From an uncultured Acidobacteriota bacterium (GTDB taxonomy: Bacteria > Acidobacteriota > Thermoanaerobaculia > UBA5066): a stretch of 64,000 nt of DNA. Positions 57,899 through 64,000 of this stretch are shown in pieces. Location: NCBI GenBank assembly GCA_963779415.1, contig CAVZYA010000002.1, positions 1,536,001 through 1,600,000 of the forward strand, read 5' to 3'. A program made the translations under genes and the position numbers. Under the pieces are notes generated by a model. It ran no database searches. It was not told the DNA's origin and worked only from the letters and a program-made list of their open reading frames with translations. The first letter of the stretch is position 1, and the number at the start of each line of letters is the position of its first letter.

Positions 57899-59448
57899 CT
57901 AGTCGTAAACGCCATCGGCGAACCAGTCGCCGCTCTTCGTGTCGCGGTAGATGCGGCAGAGGGGGCCGGCGGAAAGCTCGACGTCCCAGTAGTCGCGGGC
58001 GACCCCTTCGCCGGTCCACCACGCCTCCTCGAGGTGCCACGGGCCGGAGGCGACGCGGACGGCTCCCGCGATCTCGGGCGTCCCCTTTGCCGGCTCGGCC
58101 GCGAGCGTCTTGAGGGAGACGGGGCGCGGAGAGATGCCCGACGCGTTGTGCCGTTGCCGTTGCCGTGGCCGTTCCCCTCCACGATCACCTCCAGCGCCAG
58201 CGGCGGGCGGAGGACGCGGACGGCGAGGAGGCCGCGCCCTTCGCGCGGGGGCCTGCGTTCCACGGGCGCCGGCGGCGGGGCCCACGGCACGAGGGCGAAG
58301 CGCTCGGGGCGGTGGCCGTCGACGGTGCGGGGCGACCCGACGCGCCCCTCGCCGAGGAGGGAGAACAACCGGGCCATCGCGGTGGCCAGCTTGTCGGGGG
58401 AGATCTCGGCCGGGCCGAAGAGGGTGAGCTGGCCGGGGCGCGGGGCGTCGGGGTGGGCGGTGAAGGAGAAGCCCGAGACGGGGGCGCCGGGGGGCTTCGA
58501 TTCGAGGCTGAGGCGAAGAAGGGAGAGGAGCGTCTTCGTGTCGCGCGTCGGGGCGGGGAGGGAGAGGCTGCGCGCGTCGTGGCCGTCGGGGTCGAGGGAA
58601 AGCTCGACGTCCAGCTTCACGCAGCCGGCGGCGTGGTCGGCGAGGCGCCGGACGAGCCGCTCGAGGGCCGCGGCGGCGATGCCGAGGAAGGGCTCGAGGG
58701 TGACGAGGGGCCACTCCAGGCTCGTCCCCTCGGTGAAGCCGGGGGGCGGCCTTCGCGGGACGAAGGGGCGCGGGTCGAGGCCGCGCGCCACGTCGTGCAG
58801 GGCGCGCCCCGCCTCGCCGAGGCGGCCGGCGATCTCCGAGGCGGGGAGCTTCGCGAAGTCGCCCACGGTGGAGAGGCCCCACCGGAAAAGGGTGCCGGCG
58901 AGGCCCATCTCGGGGGCGAGGCGCGAAAGGGGAAGGGGCGCGAGGAAGGGGGCCTCGCCCCCCGCGGGGACGACGACGGGGGAGTCGGGGAGCCCGGCCG
59001 CCACCTGCGCCGCGAGCTTGCTCGACGCGATGCCGCAGCGGGCGGGGAGCCCTTCGCGCTTCGCCGCGGCGACGAGGGCGCGGCCGAGGTCTCTCTCCTC
59101 GGGGAAGTGGCGATGGAGCCCGTCCAGGTCGATGTAGACGACGCCCTCGCCACCGTCCTCGACGCGCGGTGAGATCCGCTCGGCGGCGTCGAGGAGGGCT
59201 TCGGCGGCGGCGCGCTCGGCGGCCTCGTCGCGGCCGCGGGCGACGAGCTTCGGAAGGATCGCCCGCGCCTGCGGAAGGGTCATGCCGGGGCGCAGCCCCG
59301 CCTTCCGCGCCGAGCGCGTGGCCGCCACGAGGCGCGCGGCGTGGCCGTTGCCCGCGAAGACGGCGGCGGCCGTCCCCGCGAGCTCGGGCTCACTTCGCAG
59401 CCGCGCGGCGAGCGGAAACATCGGAACGAGAAGACAGGCGAGACGCAT
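57899..59448 (-). CDS. imuB: ImuB/Y-family polymerase-like protein (frameshift near 58150)
   Basis: GLRPGMTLPQARA, SPRVE, clamp-like QLTLF, C-terminal GPWHLEEAWW...RDYWDVE...GVYD in the second frame. Confidence 0.88.
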
Positions 59449-59650
59449 AAAGGTGAGCGATCAGGGAGGTTCTTCTACCGGCCAACGCTCGGCGCCAGGA
59501 GAGTCGGGTAAGCACTAGCGCCTCGCTCGGCTCAGCGAGCGCGGACGACTTAGAGCATCTCCCGCGCGTCCCCGGGCGCGCTCGCTTCGACGTGGCCGCA
59601 CGGAGAGTCCCGCCGGTCGTTGCAGGAGATCGCTTTCGTTATTTTTTTCT

Positions 59651-60391
59651 TTAAAGAAATACTTCCTTGCATTCGAAGAGGCATGGCTTCGAAGCTCCCC
59701 GGGCGCGGCCGCGGAGCTTTTCGAGAAAGAGGCGCGAGGAGAGGCCGAGGAGAAGGGGAAGCGCCGCGCGGCCGCCAGAGGAGCCCGAGACGGAGCGGCT
59801 CCAGCCGGCGCGCGTCCCGCCGGCCGCGACGACGGCCTCGGCCGCCGGGCCGGTGACGTGGAAGGGGGAGAGGACGAGAAGCGCCGCGCCGTGCGATTCG
59901 GCCGTCCGCGAAAGGCGGAGGAAGGCGAACTCGTGCCGCGCGCGCCTCCAGAGCGAGATCTTCGACGTGGCGAGGCCGAGGTCGAGGACGACGACCGGGA
60001 CGCCGGCGGAAAGGAGCGTCTCGGCCGCAAGGAGCGCCTCTTTCAGCGTCCGCGGCCGGACCCAGAGGAGGCGCGGAAGGTCGGTCCCGAAAGCCGCGGC
60101 CGCTTGAGGGTCGAAGTGGTCGCCGAGGTCGACGAAGGCCGCCGCCTCGCCCCCCTCCGTCGCTGCGGCGAGGACGGAGAGGGCCAGGGAAAAGCGCCCC
60201 GACGAGCGGCTCCCCGTCAGCTCCACCAGCGTCCCGCGCGGGAGGCCCCCGGCGAGGAGACGGTCGAGGGGAGGGACCGCGGTGGGGAGTGCCTCCCTCT
60301 GCCGCAGCATCGCGCCGCGCCGCGCGAGATCGGCGGCGCGCACCAGTTGGCGGGAGACGTCGTCGGGAAGGGGCAAAGAGGGCGGGCTCAT
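59651..60391 (-). CDS. imuA: ImuA/RecA-like protein
   Basis: LDRLLAGGLPRGTLVELTGSRSSGR (degenerate Walker A), FDP, LPRLLWVRP; upstream of imuB. Confidence 0.82.
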   Translation of the reverse strand: MSPPSLPLPDDVSRQLVRAADLARRGAMLRQREALPTAVPPLDRLLAGGLPRGTLVELTGSRSSGRFSLALSVLAAATEGGEAAAFVDLGDHFDPQAAAAFGTDLPRLLWVRPRTLKEALLAAETLLSAGVPVVVLDLGLATSKISLWRRARHEFAFLRLSRTAESHGAALLVLSPFHVTGPAAEAVVAAGGTRAGWSRSVSGSSGGRAALPLLLGLSSRLFLEKLRGRARGASKPCLFECKEVFL

Positions 60392-60409
60392 GGCATTTCC
60401 GGGATGGAA

Positions 60410-60438
60410 AACGTAGGCGCAATAAAGACGTAAGTCAA
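60410..60438 (-). promoter_or_regulatory. Sigma70-type promoter of imuA
   Basis: - strand TTGACT-17 bp-TACGTT. Confidence 0.75.
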
Positions 60439-60460
60439 GGGTGTGCCGACTGAGCCGTGA

Positions 60461-60502
60461 TTCATTTTTATCAATGACGCCCCCCCTCCTACGTGCTAGC
60501 TT
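60461..60502 (+). promoter_or_regulatory. FNR/CRP-type box and extended -10 upstream of etfB
   Basis: TTCAT-N4-ATCAA (9/10 to TTGAT-N4-ATCAA) centred about -41.5 from the TSS implied by TGcTAGCTT. Confidence 0.65.
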
Positions 60503-60532
60503 GCCGCCGCCTTTCGAGGGGGCTTTGAAGAA

Positions 60533-61309
60533 ATGAATCATGTCGTCTGCATCGCATACGTCCCGGACACCGAAACGAAGATCAAGATCGGAGCGGACGG
60601 AAAGTCGATCGACGAGGCCGACGTCAAGTGGATCGTCTCGCCGTACGACGAGTACGCGCTGGAAGAGGCTCTGAAGACGAAGGAGGCGAAGGGGGGGACG
60701 GTCACGGTCGTGACGTACGGCCCGGCCCGCGCCGACGCGGGGCTGCGCGAGTGCCTGGCCCGCGGCGCCGACGAGGCGATCCGGATCGCGTCCGAGGGGA
60801 CGGGCGAGATCGACTCGCTGGGTGTCGCCCAGATCCTCGCGGGGGCCGTCAAGGCGCTGCCGCACGACATCGTCTGGATGGGGAACAAGGGGGTCGGCAC
60901 CGACGCCCAGCTCCTCGTCCCGATGGTGGCCGAGCTTCTGGACCTGCCGCACGTCTCCCCCGTGATGAAGCTGGAGTGGGGAGACGGCAAGATCACCGCG
61001 AAGCGCGAGATCGAGGGGGCGACCGAGGTCGTCGAGGCGCCGCTCCCCGTCGTTCTCGGCGCGCAGAAGGGGCTGAACGAGCCGCGCTACGCCTCGCTGA
61101 AGGGGATCATGGCGGCCAAGAAGAAGACGATCGCCGTCAAGCAGCCCGCGGACGTCGGGTACGTCCCGGCCGCGGGGGGCGCCGTGACCTGGACGAAGCT
61201 GGAGCTTCCCGCCGCGCGCGGCGCCGTGAAGCTGATCCCCGCCGACGATCCGAACAAAGCCGCGGAAGAACTCCTCAGGCTGCTGAGAGACGAAGCGAAG
61301 GTGCTGTGA
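60533..61309 (+). CDS. etfB: Electron transfer flavoprotein beta subunit
   Basis: VPDTE, PYDEYALEEAL, LNEPRYASLKGIMAAKKK. Confidence 0.95.
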   Translation: MNHVVCIAYVPDTETKIKIGADGKSIDEADVKWIVSPYDEYALEEALKTKEAKGGTVTVVTYGPARADAGLRECLARGADEAIRIASEGTGEIDSLGVAQILAGAVKALPHDIVWMGNKGVGTDAQLLVPMVAELLDLPHVSPVMKLEWGDGKITAKREIEGATEVVEAPLPVVLGAQKGLNEPRYASLKGIMAAKKKTIAVKQPADVGYVPAAGGAVTWTKLELPAARGAVKLIPADDPNKAAEELLRLLRDEAKVL

Positions 61310-62289
61310 TGAGTAACGTTCTCGTCTTCATCGAACAGCGCGACGGAAAGATCCGCAAGGCCTCTCTCGAGGCGCTGACCCTGGGGCGGACGCTCGCCGG
61401 CAAGACCGGCGGGACGGTGGCCGCCTGCGTGGCCGGCTCCGGCATCGGCACCCTCGCCCCCGAGCTGGCGGCCTACGGCGCCGCGAAGGTCTTCGTGGCC
61501 GACGCGCCCGAGCTTCAGCTCTTCTCCTGCGAGGGGTACACGGCCGCGCTCGACGCGGCGGTTTCGGCCTTCAGTCCCTCGATCCTCCTCGTCTCCGCCA
61601 CGACGATGGGGAAGGACCTCGCCCCGCGACTCGCCGCGCGGCGAAAGGTGGGGGTCCTCTCCGACGTGATGACGCTCGACGTGGAGGGGGGCCATCTCGT
61701 CGGGACGCGACCGGTCTACTCGGGCAAGGCGCGCGCGACGGTGACCCCGGCCGCGGGAGCGGCGCTTCAGATCGCGACGCCCCGTCCGAACGTCTTCCCG
61801 GCCTCGAAGGCTCCCTCGCCCGGCGCGGGCGAGGTCGTCGCGGTCTCCGCCGCCGGGGCGAAGATCCGGGCGAAGGTCGTGAAGGTGGAGGCCGCCGAGG
61901 CCGGCGAGCTGGACGTGGCCGAGGCCGACAAGATCGTCTCCGGGGGGCGCGGCATCAAGGGGCCGGAAAACTGGCCGGTCCTGCGCGCGCTCTGCCACGA
62001 GCTGGGCGCGGCGCTCGGCGCCTCTCGTGCCGCCGTGGACGCGGGGTGGATCGACCACTCGCACCAGGTCGGCCAGACCGGGAAGGTCGTCTCGCCGTCG
62101 CTCTACATCGCCTGCGGCATCTCGGGGGCCATCCAGCACCTCGCCGGGATGGGCTCCTCGAAGGTGATCGTCGCCATCAACAAGGACCCGGAAGCCCCCA
62201 TCTTCAAGGCGGCCACGTACGGCGTCGTCGCGGACCTCTTCCAGATCGTCCCGGCGATGACCGAGGCAGCCAAGAAGATGAAGGCGTAA
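61309..62289 (+). CDS. etfA: Electron transfer flavoprotein alpha subunit
   Basis: [32 protein letters not shown]. Confidence 0.95.
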   Translation: MSNVLVFIEQRDGKIRKASLEALTLGRTLAGKTGGTVAACVAGSGIGTLAPELAAYGAAKVFVADAPELQLFSCEGYTAALDAAVSAFSPSILLVSATTMGKDLAPRLAARRKVGVLSDVMTLDVEGGHLVGTRPVYSGKARATVTPAAGAALQIATPRPNVFPASKAPSPGAGEVVAVSAAGAKIRAKVVKVEAAEAGELDVAEADKIVSGGRGIKGPENWPVLRALCHELGAALGASRAAVDAGWIDHSHQVGQTGKVVSPSLYIACGISGAIQHLAGMGSSKVIVAINKDPEAPIFKAATYGVVADLFQIVPAMTEAAKKMKA

Positions 62290-62296
62290 TCCGTAA

Positions 62297-64000
62297 ATGA
62301 CGCTGACGCCGACTCAGGCCCTCTACTTCGGCGTTCCGGGGAACGTCCTCTTCGCGGTCGTCCTCGCCGCCACGGTCGTCTTTTTCCTCGTCACGGCCTC
62401 GCGGCGGGTGCAGCTGCTCCTGATCGGTGCCGGGGCGCCGGACGACCGCTTCGACCGTCCCTTCCGGCGGCTCTGGCACGTCGTCGAATATGGAATCCTC
62501 CAACGGAAGATGTGGCGAGACCCCTACGCGGGGCTCTACCACATCCTCATCTTCTCGGGCTTCGTCGTCCTCACGGTCCGAACGACGTCGCTCGTCCTCG
62601 AGGGGCTCAGCCCGTCGGCGGCGCTTCCGTTCCTCTCGACGGGCTTCTGGGAGGCGTACCTCCTCCTGAAAGACGTCGTCCTCGTGACGACGCTCGCCGG
62701 GGTCCTTCTCGCCTTAGGGCGGCGGCACCTCTTCCGAAAGGAACGTCTCGACCCGTCGTTCGACGCCGACCTGATTCTTCTTCTGATCGCCCTCCTGATG
62801 GTGACCGATCTGACGGCGGGCGCGGCGAGGGATGCCCTTTCGCCGGCGAATGTGCCGGGATGGGAACCCCTGACTTTCTTCCTTTCTAAGAATCTTTCGG
62901 GGTATTCCTCCTCTTTCCTTCAGGCCGTCTATTTCTCCTCCTGGTGGATCCATCTCCTGGCGATCTTCTTCTTCCTGAACTACCTCCCCTTCGCGAAGCA
63001 CTTCCACGTCATCACGGCCCTCCCGAACCTCTTTTTCGCGAAGCTCGACGCGCCGGGGAAGATGTCGACCGTCGACATCGAGAAGGCGGCGGAGGCCGGG
63101 GTCTTCGGCGTCTCGAAGATCGAGGACTTCAGCTGGAAGCAGAAGCTGGACATCTTCACCTGCACGGAGTGCGGGCGATGCCGCGAGAACTGCCCGACGC
63201 ACCTGACCGGAAAGCCGCTCACGCCGAAGGGCTTCACCGTGGATCTCCGCCACGCGCTCTACACGGACGCTCCGGCCCTCCTCGACGCGGCCACGGGCTT
63301 TGCGGGCGGGAAGAAGGCGAAGGATCTCGAGGAGCGGAAGGCCCTCATCGGCGGCTGGATCTCCGAAGAGACGATCTGGGCCTGCACGACCTGCCGCTAC
63401 TGCGAGCACGCCTGTCCAGTCGGGATCACGTACGTCGACAAGATCACGGACCTCCGGCGGCATCTCGTCCTCGAGCGGAGCGAGTTTCCGAAGGAGGCGC
63501 AGACCGCCTTCAACGGGATGGAGCGGCAGGGGAACCCGTGGAACCTCGCGGCAGCCGATCGTGGCGCCTGGGTGAAGGAGCTGCCGTTCCCCGTCCTGAC
63601 GATGGCCGAGGCGGGCGCCTCCGGCGTCGAAGTGCTCTTCTGGGTCGGCTGCGCGGGCTCGTACGAGGACCGCGGGAAGAAGGTCTCGCGCGCCCTCGCG
63701 ACGCTGCTCCACGAGGCGGGAGTGACCTTCGCGATCCTCGGATCCGAGGAGACCTGCACCGGCGACGCGGCGCGGCGGCTGGGGAACGAGTACCTCTTCC
63801 AGACGCTCGCGCAGCAGAACGTCGGGACGCTGAACGGCTACGGCGTGAAGAAGATCGTCACGAACTGCCCCCACTGCTTCAACACGCTCTCGCGCGAGTA
63901 CCCGGATTTCGGCGGCCGCTTCGAGGTGGTGCACGGCACCGAGCTGGTGGCGAAGCTGATCGAGGAGGGGCGCCTCGACTTTTCGACGCGGATCGAGAAG
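62297..64000 (+). CDS. FadF/HdrD-like membrane Fe-S oxidoreductase (runs off window end)
   Basis: Manual translation: TM region, [40 protein letters not shown]. Confidence 0.88.
   Translation, partial: MTLTPTQALYFGVPGNVLFAVVLAATVVFFLVTASRRVQLLLIGAGAPDDRFDRPFRRLWHVVEYGILQRKMWRDPYAGLYHILIFSGFVVLTVRTTSLVLEGLSPSAALPFLSTGFWEAYLLLKDVVLVTTLAGVLLALGRRHLFRKERLDPSFDADLILLLIALLMVTDLTAGAARDALSPANVPGWEPLTFFLSKNLSGYSSSFLQAVYFSSWWIHLLAIFFFLNYLPFAKHFHVITALPNLFFAKLDAPGKMSTVDIEKAAEAGVFGVSKIEDFSWKQKLDIFTCTECGRCRENCPTHLTGKPLTPKGFTVDLRHALYTDAPALLDAATGFAGGKKAKDLEERKALIGGWISEETIWACTTCRYCEHACPVGITYVDKITDLRRHLVLERSEFPKEAQTAFNGMERQGNPWNLAAADRGAWVKELPFPVLTMAEAGASGVEVLFWVGCAGSYEDRGKKVSRALATLLHEAGVTFAILGSEETCTGDAARRLGNEYLFQTLAQQNVGTLNGYGVKKIVTNCPHCFNTLSREYPDFGGRFEVVHGTELVAKLIEEGRLDFSTRIEK

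Noticed and set aside
56914-59448. 844-aa ImuB-glyoxalase fusion
   Set aside because: Artefact of the frameshift near 58150. The ImuB C-terminus and both VOC genes have their own frames, stops and RBSs.
1-64000. Numerous long antisense or overlapping ORFs
   Set aside because: Shadow ORFs of high-GC coding sequence with no recognisable motifs.

Overview
High-GC bacterial window; gene content resembles Acidobacteriota (Thermoanaerobaculia-like), which is inference only. Bases 1-40 kb are mostly housekeeping and envelope genes: proS, maeB, a glycosylation cluster, mutY, ECF sigma factors, CHAD/ABC, GGDEF-EAL, uvrA, an FHA/Ser-Thr kinase/outer-membrane cluster and ychF. Bases ~41.9-60.4 kb hold a chromosomal integron. 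Its intI (55937-56902, minus strand) is co-oriented with the cassettes and is the last gene of an apparent imuA-imuB-VOC-VOC-intI operon with no adjacent dnaE2. The minus-strand array has intact attC sites near intI and progressively eroded ones further away. One attC is split by an IS110/IS1111 element whose 3' non-coding region contains a readable bridge/seek-RNA-like guide matching the attC target and the donor junction. A second attC is split by an IS3-family element with atypical GG...CC ends. The window ends with etfBA and a FadF-like oxidoreductase behind an FNR-type class II promoter. Several single frameshifts in otherwise intact genes suggest sequencing indels. No rRNA, tRNA or CRISPR array was seen. 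All calls were made by eye, with no database searches.
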